From positions 9,550,001-9,614,000 of the forward strand of contig CM052818.1 of assembly GCA_028534125.1 (NCBI GenBank): a DNA stretch of 64,000 bases. Reading direction: 5' to 3'. The translations under genes were made by a program, and so were the position numbers. The stretch comes from Lama glama. Lineage: Eukaryota. The notes below the pieces were generated by a model that ran no database searches, was not told the origin of the DNA, and saw nothing but the letters and a program-made list of their open reading frames with translations. Numbering within the stretch: the stretch's first letter is position 1; each line of letters begins with the position of its first letter. This document shows, in pieces, positions 35,201-46,460 of the stretch.

Positions 35201-38200
35201 TGCCTGATTTGGGTCCCCAGGCAAAAGGCCAAAGTCGATGTGGAGCCCATTTTACTGCCATACTCAGGCAGGGAGGCAAATTCGCACCTCCACTCAACTG
35301 CTGAGTGTAGTCTCTCACTTGACCATCCAGGAGGCCCAACCAGAGACCCTGGGCAGCCTCGCAGTTCATCCAAATAGCCCCACTCAGGAAGGAAGCCAAG
35401 TCAGAAGCCCTGCCCAACTGGTGAGCACAGCCTCTGGCCCTGCACAACCAAGGGGCCTGAACAGCAACCCTAAGCAGCCTCCAAGCCCAGCCTACAGCCT
35501 TCCCCATTGCTTAACACAGCTTGTGTTAAGGCCTTGTCCAGGCACAGAGCCCAGCAGAGACCCTACCCAACTGCAAACAATAGTCCCTAGCCCAGCCCAC
35601 CCACAGGCTACAGCTGGAAGCCCCTCCTGTCCAGGGAGCCCAGCCAATGACCTTGTTCAACAGCAGAGCATACCCAGAAGCTTAAGGATGGTGAAGCCAA
35701 ACCTGCAGGCCTGCCCACCTTCAGGGCACAGTCTGTGTCCCCACGTGGTCACAGAACAGCCTGAGGCAAGGTCCTGCCATGAAACCCTGCCTAAATACAG
35801 AGTTCAGCAGCAGCACCACCTGGTCAGAGAGCACAGCCTGAGACCCCATTCAACCAGGAAGGATTGACTGCGGAGCCCAGCCCATAACCCTGCCCAATCA
35901 CAGAGTCCAGTGTCACCGCCCTGCCAGGGAACACAGCCAGTGACTCTGCCTGACCAGAGAAACTGCACAGCCCAGCTAGTGACCCCACATAACTGTGGAG
36001 CCCAGCCAGCAACCCCGGCCAGTCAGGTAGCCCACCCAGCAGCCCTGCTTGAATATGGAGCCCAGCCAGCCAACTCACCCAACCACAAAGCCCAGCCAAC
36101 GGTAATCCCACCCTGGCCCTGGAGCAGAGGCATTGTCCCCACCCAGCCAGAGACCCCAACAGCAACCTCGCCTACCCACGGACACTAGAGCTAGCATGTC
36201 CAATAGCCCAAGCTGAATGATGAAAGTCTTCTCCTGCCAAAGCAAACCTGTAAAATCTGGAAAAGGAGACCACTTACTTATATATTAAGTCCCTATCTAT
36301 CAATAATTACTTTAAACATAAATAGATTAAATTCTTCAATCAAAAGACACAGAATGGCTGAATGGGTTAAAAAAGACAAGATCCAACAACATGCTGCCTA
36401 TGAGAGACTCACTTTAGCTTTAAGGACATGCATAAACCAAAAGTGGAAGGATGGAAAAAGGTATTTGAAGCAGATATTAACCAAAAGAAAGCAGGAGTAG
36501 GTATACTTACATTAGACAAATAGAATTTAAGCTAAAATTGGTCAAACAAAGAAGGCCATTATATAACGCTAACAGGGTCAATTCATCAAGAAGATACAAC
36601 AATTATAAATATTTATGCACCTAGAACTGGAGCACCTAAATATATAAAGCAATTACTAACAGAACTTACAAGGAGAAATAAAGCCCCCAACTATTACTGT
36701 ATCGCTATTTAATACCCAATTCTTAACAATGGATATATCACCACAGAAAGCCAGTAAGGAAATACCAGATCTGAACAACACTATAGACCAAACAGACCCA
36801 ACAAACATATGGACAGTCCATCAAACTGCAACAGAATACACATTCTTCTCATGCACCCACAGAACATTTCCTAGGATAAATTATAAGTTAGGCCACAAAA
36901 CAGGTCTCAATAAACTCAAAAAGATAGAAATTATAGTAAGTATCTTTTCCAACTACAATGGTATGAAACCAGAAATCAGTAACAGGAGGAAAGCTGGAAA
37001 ATTCACAAATACATGGAAATTAAAACACTCCTGAACAACTAATGGCCCAAGAAAATCAAAGGGACATTTTAAAAATATCTTAATACAAATAAAATTGGAA
37101 ACACAACACATGAAAACTTATGAGATGCAGCAAAAGCAGCTCGAAGAGGGAAGTATGTTAACTATAAATTCATACCAGAAAAAATATCTCAAATAAAGAA
37201 CCTAACTTCACACCTCAAGGAACTAGAAAAAGAACAAACTAAGCCCAAAGTTAGGAGAAGAAAGAAAATAACAAGCAACCTACAGATTCAGAGCAATCTC
37301 TTATCAAAACTCCAATGGCATGTTTCACAGAAATAGAATAAACCCTAAAATTTGTGTGTAAACATAAAAGACCTCAAATAGCCTAAGCAATCTTTAGAAA
37401 GAACAAAGCTGGAGGCATCATACATCCTGTTTTCAAATTACATTATAAAAATGTGGTAATCAAAACAGTATGGTATTAGCATAAAAACTGACACATAGAT
37501 CAATGGAACAGAACAGAAAGCCCAGGAAGAAACCCTTGCATATATGGTCAGTTAAGCTATAATAAAGGAGCCAAGAACATTCAGTGTAAGGAAAGGACAG
37601 TCTCCTCAATAAATGATGCTGAGAAAGTTGGCAGCCATAAGCAAAACAACGAAACTGGACCACCATCTTACACCATACACAAAAATTAACTCAAAATTAA
37701 CTAAAGACTTGAATGCAAGATCAGAAATCACAAAACTCACCCAACCACAAAGCCCAGCCAACAGTAATCCCACCCTCGCCCTGGAGCAGAGGCAGTGCCC
37801 CCACCCAGCCAGAGACCCCAACAGCAACCTTGCCTACCCACGGACACTAGAGCTAACATGTCCAATAGCTCCTTAACATTGGTCTTGGCAATGTTTAGAT
37901 TTGACACCAAAAGCAAAAATAAACAAGTGAGACTAGTCAAACTATAAACTTTCTGCACAGCAAAAAAAACCATCAACAAAATGAAAAGGCAACCTACTGA
38001 ATGAAAGAAAATATCTGCAAATCATATATCTGATTAGGGGTTAATATCCAAAAATATATAAAGAACTCACAAAACTCAATAACAACAAGAACAAAACAAT
38101 CTGATTAGAAAATGGGCAGAGAATCTGAAGAGATATTTTTCCAAAGAAGCCATACAGGTGGCCAACAGGTACATGAAACAGTGTTCAACAATATTAAACA

Positions 38201-41200
38201 TCAGGGAACTGCAAACCAAAATCACCATAATATATCACCTCACACTTGTTACAATGTCTCTTATTAAAAAGGGAAGAAATAATGCATGTTGGCAAAGATG
38301 CAGAGAGAAAGGAACCCTTGTGCACTACTGGTAGGAATGTAAATTGGCAAAGCCACTATGAAAAACAGTATGGAGATTCCTGTAAAAATTAAAAATAGAA
38401 CTATCACATGCTCCATCAATTCCACTTCTGGGTATACATCCAAAGGAAACAAAAACACTAATTTGAAAAGATAAATACTCCCTCACGTTCACTGCAGTAT
38501 TATTTACAATAGCCAAGACATGGAAGCAACGTTAAGTGTCCACTAATGGATAAATGGATAAAGAAAATGTGGTATATATATACACAGTGGAATATTATTT
38601 AACTACAAAAAAGAAAAATATTGCCATTTGCAGCAACAGACATGGACCTCAAGGGCATTATGTTAAGTAAAATAAATCAGACAGAGAAAGAAAAATACTG
38701 TATGATCTTACTTATATGTGGAACCTAAAACAAAACAAAACAAAACAAAAAATCTAACTCATAGATATAGAGAACAGATTAGTGGTTGCCAGAGACAGGG
38801 AGTGGGGGAATGGGTAAAAAATGGGTGAATGTGGTCAAAGATGCAAATTTCCAGTTATAAAAAATAAATCCTGGGGATGTAATACACAGTATGGTGACTA
38901 TAATAATAATGTACAGTATATCTGAAAGAAAGTAAACCTTAAAAAATTCTCATCACAAGAAAAAAGAAAAACTTATAATTATATGTAGTGATGCATGTTA
39001 AGTAGGCTTATTGTGTTCACCATTTCTTGATGTACACCAATATAAAATCATTACTTTATAACCCACTATGAACATAATGATTTATGTCAATTATATCTCA
39101 ATAAAATAGAAAGGAAATGAAGATTAGAGCAAAAATAAATGTAATTTAGAGTAGGAAAGCAATACAAAAGGTTAATGAAACAAAGAGTTGGTTCTTTGAA
39201 AAGATAAACAGTACTGACAAAACTTTAGCTAGACTAACCAAGGAAAAAAAAGAAGATCCAAATAAAATTAATAATGAAAGGGGAGATGTTACAACTGAGC
39301 CCACACAAATACAAATGATAGTAAGAGATTACTGTCAACAATTATATGCTAACTAACTGGACAACCTAAAAGAAATGGATAATTCCTAAAAACACATCAC
39401 CTACAAAGCCTGAATCATTAAGGACTAGAAAATCTGAACAGACCAATTACAATTAAGGAAACTGAATCAGTAATTAAAAAAAACTCCCAACAAAGAAAAG
39501 CCAAAGACCAGATGGTTTCATTGGGGAATTCTACCAAATATTTGAAGAATTAACATCAGTCCTTTTCAAATTCTTCCCAAAAATTGAAGAGAAGGGAACA
39601 TTCTTAAATTCATCTTAAGATGCCAGCATTACCAGGATACCAAAGCCAGTTAAGTACACTATAACAAAAAAATTACAGACCAATATCTCTGATGAATACA
39701 GATGCAAAACTTCTCAACAAAATACTAGCAAACAGAATTCAACAGCACATTAAAAGGATCATATACTATTGTCAAGTGAGATTAATCCCTGGGATGTGAT
39801 GATGGCTTAATAGCCAAGTCAGGTGTGACACATCACATTAATAGAATGAAAAATAAAGATCATATGATAATCTCAAATCACGCAGAAAAAGTATTTCACA
39901 AAATTCAACATCAACTGATAAGAACAAGCAACAAATAGGGTATAATAGAACCGTATCTCAGCATAATAAAGGCCATATATATGACAACTCCACTGCTGGC
40001 ATCATATTCAATGGTGAAATGCTGAAAGCTTTTCCTCTAATATCAGGAATAAGACAAGGGTACCCACTATCACTGCTCCTGTTCAACACGGTATTGAAAG
40101 TCCTAGCCAGAGCAATCAAGAAACAGAAACAAAAGGCACCCAAATTAAAAAGGAAAAAATAAAACTGTCTTTGTTTGCAAATGATATGATCACATATAAA
40201 AAAAATCCTAAAGGCTCTACCAAAAAACTGTTAGAACTAATAAACAAATTTATAAAGTTCCAGGATACAAAATCAACATACAAAAATCAGTTGTGTTGCT
40301 ATACACTAACAATGAGCTATCAGAAAAAGAAATAAAGAAAACAATCCCATTTACAATGGCTGCAAAAAACAGTAAAATATTTAGGAATAAATTTAACCAA
40401 GGAGGTAAAAAATCTGTAGACTGAAAACTGTAAGACAGTGATGGAAGATATCCTATGTTCATGGATTGGAAGAATTAATATTGTTAAAATCTCCATACTA
40501 TACAAAGGCACTTGTACATTCAATGTACTCCCTATCAAGATTTCAGTGGCTTTTAAAGCACAGGGGAATATATACAAGATCTTACAGTAGTTAACAGCGA
40601 AAAAAAAAAATATGACAATGAATATGTATATGTTCATGTATAACTGAAAAATTGTGCTTTACACTGGATTTTGACACATTGTAAAATGACTATAACTCAA
40701 TTAAAAAATGTTAAAAAAAAAAGATTTCAGTGGCTTTTTTCTTTTTTACATTAGTAGAAAAAAAAAATCCTAAAATTCACATGGAACTACAAAACACTGA
40801 TAGCCAAAGCAAGCCTGAGAACAAAGCACAAAGCTGGAGGCATCACAATTCCTGATTTCAAACTTTAATACAAAGCTATAGCAGTCAAACTATGGTTCTG
40901 GTATAAAAAAAGATACATACCAATGCAACAGAATCAAGAGCCCAGAAATAAACCCATGCATGTATGATCAACTAATATATTGCAAGGTAAACAAGAATAC
41001 TCAATGGATAAAAGATAGTATCTTCAACAAATGGCACTAGTATCCTCAATAAACGATGCTGAGAAAACTGGATATTCACATGCAAAAGAATGAAACTGAA
41101 CCCTTATCTTACACCATACACAAAAATTAACTTGAAATGAATTAAAAACATAAATGTAAGGTCTGAATACACAGAACTCCTAGAAGAAAACATAGGGTAA

Positions 41201-44200
41201 AAGCTCCTTGATGTTGGTCTTGTGATAATTTTTGGATATATCAAAAGCACAAACAACAAAAGCAAAAATAAATAAGTATGACTAGACAAACTAAAAAGCT
41301 TCTGCATAGCAAAAGAAACAATCAATAAAATGAAAAGGCAACCTACAAAATGGGAGAAAATGTTTCCAGACCTTATCAGATAAGGAGTTAGTATCCAAAA
41401 TATGTAAGAAACTCATACATCTCAAAAGCAAAAAACAAAAACAAATAATCCCATTAAAAAGAAGGGCAAAGGACCTGAGCAGACATTTATGCAAAGAAGA
41501 TATTCAAATGCCCAACAGGTACATGAAAAGGTGTCCAGCATCACTAATCATCAAGGAAATGTAAATTAAAACCACAGTGAGGTATCACCACACCTGTTAG
41601 AACAGCTATCATCAAAAAGAGGTAAGTGCTGATGAGGATGTACAGTATTGGTAGGAACGTAAATTGGTGCAGCCAGTGTGGAAAACAGTATGGAGGTTCA
41701 TCAAAAAATTAACAACAGAACTACCATATGATCTAGCAATTCTCCTTCTGGATATGGAATCACTGTCTCTAAGAGACATTTGCACACTAAGTTTAATGCA
41801 GCATTATTTACAGTAGCCAAGGCATGGAAACCACCTACGTGCCCACTGATGAATTAATCAATAAACAAAATGTGGCTTATTTACAAATTGGAATATTATT
41901 CAGCCACAAAAAGGGGAAATCTTGCCATTTGTGACAACATGGATGACTTTGAGGGCATTATGTGAAGTAAAATAAGTCAAAGAAAACCATATGCTATATG
42001 ATCTCATCTATATGTGTAATCTAGAAAAACCAAATTCACAAAAACAGAGTAGACTGGTGGTTGCAAGGCAGGTAGAGGAGGGTGGTGAAGGTGGTCAAAG
42101 GTGTACAAAGGGTACAAACTTCCACTTACACAAGGAAGTTCTAGGAATGTTAATACACAGCGTGGTAACACAGTACTGTATACTTGAAAAATGATAAGAG
42201 AACAGATCTTAAAAGTTCTCAACATACACACAAAAAAATTGTAACCATATGAGGTGATGATGTGTTAACTAACTTTATTATGTAAATCATCTTGCAATAT
42301 ATACATAAATCAAATCATCACACTGCATACCTTAAACTCATGTAAGTCAATGATACCTCAATAAAGCTGAAAAAAAGTTAAATTTAACATAATTAAAATT
42401 GAATTTAAAAAAAAAAAAAGCGAGACAGAGTGTTGCCTCCTCTCCAGAGCGTCACACTAGCCACCTCCAGGACTCACTGCTAAAGGAGAAAGCACATGGG
42501 GTCAGGGCAAGGCCTGTTCCACCTGCCCTCTGGCTGCTGCCTGGGAGTAGCTGGGTCTTATCTTGCAAAGAAGCCGGTTGTTGCTTTGAGCTAAGGGAGA
42601 TGGGAGAGACAAAGGACTATGAGCTTCCTTGGCGCCCTCAGAGCCGTGTCTTGGGGAGTTGGGGCATGTAAGGAGACAGTCCTGCTCTGATCCAGCCAGC
42701 AGCAGCCACTGAGGGAGCAACTGAGAGCAAACCCCCAGCCAGAAAGTTCCAAGGCAGGAATGGAACTGCTTTTGATGCTTGCAGAACACCTTCCTGGGCC
42801 CTGGTCTGGCTCAAGCCAGCAAGACAACCACTAGGGCAGAGGCCCAAGACCAGCTTTCTAAACCAAACTCTCAAAAAAGGAGTAGGCTCAAGTTGAGGCC
42901 CAAGCTTCAACATAGCACAATCCTCCAGAAACAGATCTTGCCCTCTCTCCTCTTCCTTTTCTCCTTTGTCTTCATACCCATGGTCATTTCAACAGATATT
43001 TACTGATTAGAGGCTGTCTACCCAGCCAGGAGGTAGGCACCACGGGAGAAATTTATTCATTCAACAAACACACAACGTTTTAGACAGTGATCTGGCCCTG
43101 GAAACAAAACCAATCAAATCCTGACGCAAAGACCCAAAGAGTGAGAACAACTAAAATGTCTATTAACCAATGAATAAACAAAGTGGGCTACGCCCATACC
43201 ACAGAACATTAGTTGACCATGAAAAAGAGTGAAACATGTGGCAACACGAATGAGCCGTGGAAATATTATGCTAAATGAAAGAAGCCAGTCACAAAAGACT
43301 ACATACTGTGTGACTCCATTCACAGGAAGCACCCAGAGTAGGCAAATCCATGGAGATAGAAAACAATTAGTGGTTGCAAAGACTAGAGAACTGACTGCTG
43401 ATGTGTCTGAGGGGAAGACGAAAATGTTCTAAAACTAACTGTAGTGATGGCTGCACAACTCTGTGAAAACTACTGAACTGTACACTTTAAATGGGCGAAC
43501 TGTATGGCATGTGAAATTTATCACAATAAAGCTAATATTTTTAAAAATCTCCACCCTGATGAATGAGGGGGGAAAGGGGAATCCAGAACAATTAACAAAA
43601 TATTTAAGTAACCATATGTAGTACACCAAATATCAGTGCTTTGGGGAGAAATAAAGCAGGGAAGGGAAACAGTACAAGGAAGGGATCTAAAATTTTTAGA
43701 CTGGAGACAAGTGGCTTCACTCAGAATGAAAACCTGAAGGATCCAAAGGAGCCAGCAGGCAGCAGCTCCAGGAAAAGCTAGTGCTCACAAGTACCCAGCC
43801 AACTAGAGTCCTCCTGAGCGCAAAGAGCCCTAAGCAGAGCTGAGTACTGGGGAAAAGGGAAGCCCCCAGCTGGTCAGACAAGGAACATGCAGTTAAGGGT
43901 GTCTGGAACTACAAACATCAATTCAGGAGCCCACAGCAGGAGTTCTAAAAACACCTGCTGAACGACTAATGAATCAATTGTCTCCTCCCCAATGCTGCCT
44001 CCAGCCCCACCTGTACCTGGAGGCCCCTGTTACCTTTCCAGCCCAGCTTGATGTTCCACTCATAGAAGAAAATCAGCTTTCCTTTGCGGCTGCTGCAGGA
44101 AGCCTCGCCTTCCACCTGCTTCAGCTCACTGACCTCACAGCGCCCAGTCTCATTCTCCACGGCGATGCCCACCAGGAGCTCACGGAGCTTCCCCTTGGAC

Positions 44201-45576
44201 CAGCTGGTGGCATCCCGCTCTGTCCTGCCAGGAACCAGAAGGGCAGGGCCATGAATGGAAGGCCCCATTGCTATCTACATGCTCAGCCTGGGGAACCAGG
44301 GTTAACAGCCCAGCCCAGCCCAGATCAGCACAATTCCTCTCAAGCAGCCGTGAGAGGAGACTTCCAACTTCAGCACACTTCTCAAACCAGCTTTCTATCA
44401 AATATCTTCTAATCCTCCTGCCCAGTTCTTTAGGATATTGTTAGCCACTATGTAGGGTGGTGTTTTGTCTTAAAAACACTGGCTGACTTTAGGGGAAAGG
44501 TCTAGAAATCTCACCTGTTGGAAATGTAGGGGCAAAGCCTGGGGCCACGTGAAAAGGCAGTAATAACTGAAATTTCACCATAACAAGACAAATTTTTACA
44601 CATATACTATCTCATATGATTTTCCCAAATAATGTTCCCATTTTAGGGGGTGGAACTGAGCTGAGAGAAGTCTGTTAAGTGCTCGTGGTGACAGGGCTGG
44701 GAAAGGAGAGGTCAGCTCACTCCTTTCACCCAAGGATCCCTTCACAGGCTGAGGCTTTGCTCTGCCCTGCACCTGCTTTAGCATCACCTTGAGGGCCTGA
44801 AGGGAGAACAAGCCCTCAGAGGAGCAGGGCAGAGAGCATCACTTCCTGAAGCTCTGGCCTAATGGGGAGGGGGGGTAGAAATCAGCCCATGTTTCAGATG
44901 AGGTATAAAAACGATGGGTAACTATAGTTCGAACTCCTAGAAAGCAGGGCTCACCAGAGGCGCATCAAGTTAGATGTGGAATTGAGTTACAATTCCTGTT
45001 CTTTCCACTATATACATAACACTAACACAAACACATTTTCTAGCTTCATTTTAACTCCCCAAAATTTCAAGTGGTTTGGGGGCGGGAGGAGTTTCTGAGG
45101 TCACAGACTGCCAAAGTTGAAGGGGTAAATCAGGAACTACTTCTATTCCTGGGGCCCAACCCATCTTTCAAAAGATGTCCCAAAACCGGTGCTGATAAGA
45201 CCCCAGCCCAGGTGTCCACGCTCCACAGGCTCTCCCACGCCCTGAGGCCAGAGACAGCCTCCGCACCTGTGCGGCTCCTCCCGCCCCGCCTCCCCAAGGC
45301 TCACTCACCCAAGCTCATTCACCTGGGCTTACCCCTCAGGGGTCACCCCGGCCCACGAGGCGCCCTGGGCCACCCGGCCGCCCCACCTCGCGGGCACAGG
45401 GCGCCTGGCACTCGCCGAGGGTTCCCACCGCCCCTCCCGGCGGCTCCGGAGAGAGGAGGCCCGAAAGCCGCTGCCCCGGCCCCCGCCCGGCCTCACCAGT
45501 GCCAGTTGTTTACGTTGGTCCCGTCCTCCCGCTCCTCCACGATCCAGCGCGGGTCCCCCTGGCCCCACTTGGCCAT
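29115..45576 (-). CDS. AHSA2: Activator of HSP90 ATPase homolog 2, complete 9-exon CDS, 332 aa: complement join(45497-45576,44034-44224,34286-34371,32300-32414,31302-31390,30535-30645,30051-30152,29425-29476,29115-29287)
   Basis: 999 nt spliced frame without stops; all introns GT-AG. Starts [27 protein letters not shown], has the Aha1-family NxNNWHW and RKGK motifs and a C-terminal START-like AHSA1 domain ([27 protein letters not shown]). Tail-to-tail with USP34. Confidence 0.95.
29425..29476 (-). CDS. AHSA2: AHSA2 exon 8 (52 nt)
   Basis: ttttcag|TTAACA ... GAAG|gtatgt; [17 protein letters not shown]. Confidence 0.94.
30051..30152 (-). CDS. AHSA2: AHSA2 exon 7 (102 nt)
   Basis: ggttag|CTGGTG ... 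CTG|gtaagt; [34 protein letters not shown]. Confidence 0.94.
30535..30645 (-). CDS. AHSA2: AHSA2 exon 6 (111 nt; alternative acceptor at 30651 adds 6 nt)
   Basis: attcag|ACCTCT ... GAT|gtaagt; [23 protein letters not shown]...TVKD. Confidence 0.88.
31302..31390 (-). CDS. AHSA2: AHSA2 exon 5 (89 nt)
   Basis: tttgtag|AATTT ... CAG|gtatgc; [29 protein letters not shown]. Confidence 0.94.
32035..32180 (-). mobile_element. L2 3' end fragment
   Basis: (ttca)n caacaaagatttattaagcacctactatgtgccagggc. Confidence 0.8.
32300..32414 (-). CDS. AHSA2: AHSA2 exon 4 (115 nt)
   Basis: ttgtag|GTGAAC ... ACGG|gtaaag; [18 protein letters not shown]...LEALKT. Confidence 0.95.
32725..33040. mobile_element. Full-length hAT-Charlie MITE (MER33-like) with perfect 8-bp TSD
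   Basis: TSD gtctagaa at 32717-32724 and 33041-33048; TIRs atgcgctgtccagta / tattgaacagcgctg. Confidence 0.88.
33880..34045 (-). mobile_element. MIR SINE
   Basis: gagcactttacagtat...accccatttcacagacgaggagg. Confidence 0.6.
34286..34371 (-). CDS. AHSA2: AHSA2 exon 3 (86 nt)
   Basis: ttttag|GTATA ... GAG|gtgagg; [28 protein letters not shown]. Confidence 0.95.
37272..39107 (+). mobile_element. Second 5'-truncated L1 nested in the outer L1 ORF2
   Basis: Has its own 3' UTR and aataaa at ~39100; host ORF2 resumes after it. Degenerate TSD agaaagaaaataa 37259-37271 / agaaaggaaatga 39108-39120. Confidence 0.8.
40555..40720 (+). mobile_element. Young camelid-type L1 3' tail with perfect 18-bp TSD
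   Basis: TSD aagatttcagtggctttt at 40537-40554 and 40721-40738; tail tgacacattgtaaaatgactataactcaattaaaaaatgttaaaaaaaa. Confidence 0.9.
43125..43545 (+). mobile_element. Old L1 3' end (L1MB/ME-like)
   Basis: tatgctaaatgaaagaagccagtcacaaaag...gaactgtacactttaaatggg...aataaagct. Confidence 0.8.
44034..44224 (-). CDS. AHSA2: AHSA2 exon 2 (191 nt)
   Basis: cctggcag|GACA ... AAAG|gtaaca; [13 protein letters not shown]...[18 protein letters not shown]. Confidence 0.95.
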
Positions 45577-46460
45577 GTCTGCGCGGCGGCGCGGCCTCGG
45601 CGGAGAAAAAGGGCCGCGGCTGCGGTGCGGCTCCGTCGCCGACGGTTCCGGCCTGCGAGCTTGGAATCAGAACGTTCGCAGCGCCCAGAAAGTGCCAGAA
45701 ATCCCCGCCCCCTGCGCCACCCCGCCCCTCCCGCCCCGCTGCGGAGCGCCTGGGGAGCGGGAGCGCCGCATGTTCCGAGGGGCGGGGGCGCGGCGCGGCG
45801 CGGCGGAGGGCGGGCACGGGGGGCGGGGCCTGGAGGGCGGGTTGGGGGCGCCTGCGCCCAGGAGGCCCTGGCGTCGGGGGAGGGGCTCGGGAGGGGTCGG
45901 GCCCGAGGTGAGTGCGGGCAAGGAGGAAAGAGGTCTGGGCCCAAGAGGCCCAGGTTGGGGCGTTGCATGGTGGGAGAAAGGTCTGAGCCACGGCGCTGGG
46001 GAGGGGATCCGGGAGGCCAGGTGGGGTTTGGGGAGGCCCTGGGCCCGGCTGTGGGGCTCGCAAGTGCAGGGGCTGGGAAGGAGGAACCTCCGCCGCCTCC
46101 GAAAGGCCGGATGCCTCCCAAGGATTCATTATTATTGCAAGGATTACCTTCGATACTAGCAAGCGGGCGGTGAGTGAGGGGCGCCTAAGAGCGGTACGGG
46201 GGATGCGGACAGATAGCGGTTGTCAGGCTGCCGCCGGCCGAGCTGACAATATTCGGTTCTCTCGAGGACACGACCCAAGCTCTTGGTCACCAAGTTCGCT
46301 GTGCGACCGACATCTGAGGTCGGAGCGCGCTCATGGTGCGAGGTGGTCTCCTTGGAGCGGGCTTTCTCTGCATCGTATTCACGTTTTGTTGAAAAGTTCC
46401 CATGGAGTTGGCGCACTCTGCTTCTCCCCTGGACACCGAGTCTCTCACCTTTCCAACACC
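45180..46460. promoter_or_regulatory. CpG island / AHSA2 promoter with multiple GC boxes (e.g. 45703-45711, 45720-45728, 45779-45788, 45820-45829)
   Basis: Very high GC and CpG density spanning AHSA2 exon 1; several GGGGCGGGG/CCCCGCCCC Sp1/KLF-type boxes; no TATA box seen. Confidence 0.9.
45497..45576 (-). CDS. AHSA2: AHSA2 exon 1, coding part (ATG at 45576)
   Basis: gacATGG Kozak-like context; CACTG|gtgagg donor; [26 protein letters not shown]. Confidence 0.95.

Larger units (their letters stand above)
34852..42420 (+). mobile_element. Composite L1 (L1MA-type) in AHSA2 intron 2: 5' UTR, ORF2 EN/RT remnants, 3' UTR and polyA, with nested insertions
   Basis: Starts gacttcagtgacatcaagatgg. 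GC-rich repeated 5' UTR 35123-36270; EN remnant [23 protein letters not shown] remnant [18 protein letters not shown]; polyA ~42365-42420. Flanking cagagtgttg at 34842-34851 and 42426-42435. Confidence 0.9.

Noticed and set aside
35101..36188. 209-aa and other ORFs in the GC-rich repeated region
   Set aside because: They lie in the L1 5' UTR-like tandem repeats and give low-complexity translations
36729..41494. L1 ORF2-like ORFs as an active retroelement or domesticated gene
   Set aside because: Fragmented by many stops, frameshifts and nested insertions; ORF1 is absent
45071..46173. Four long overlapping ORFs (362, 277, 224 and 203 aa) over the CpG island
   Set aside because: Stop codons are scarce in very GC-rich DNA. 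The translations are Pro/Gly/Arg/Ala-rich with no recognisable domain; only 80 nt here (AHSA2 exon 1) are supported as coding.
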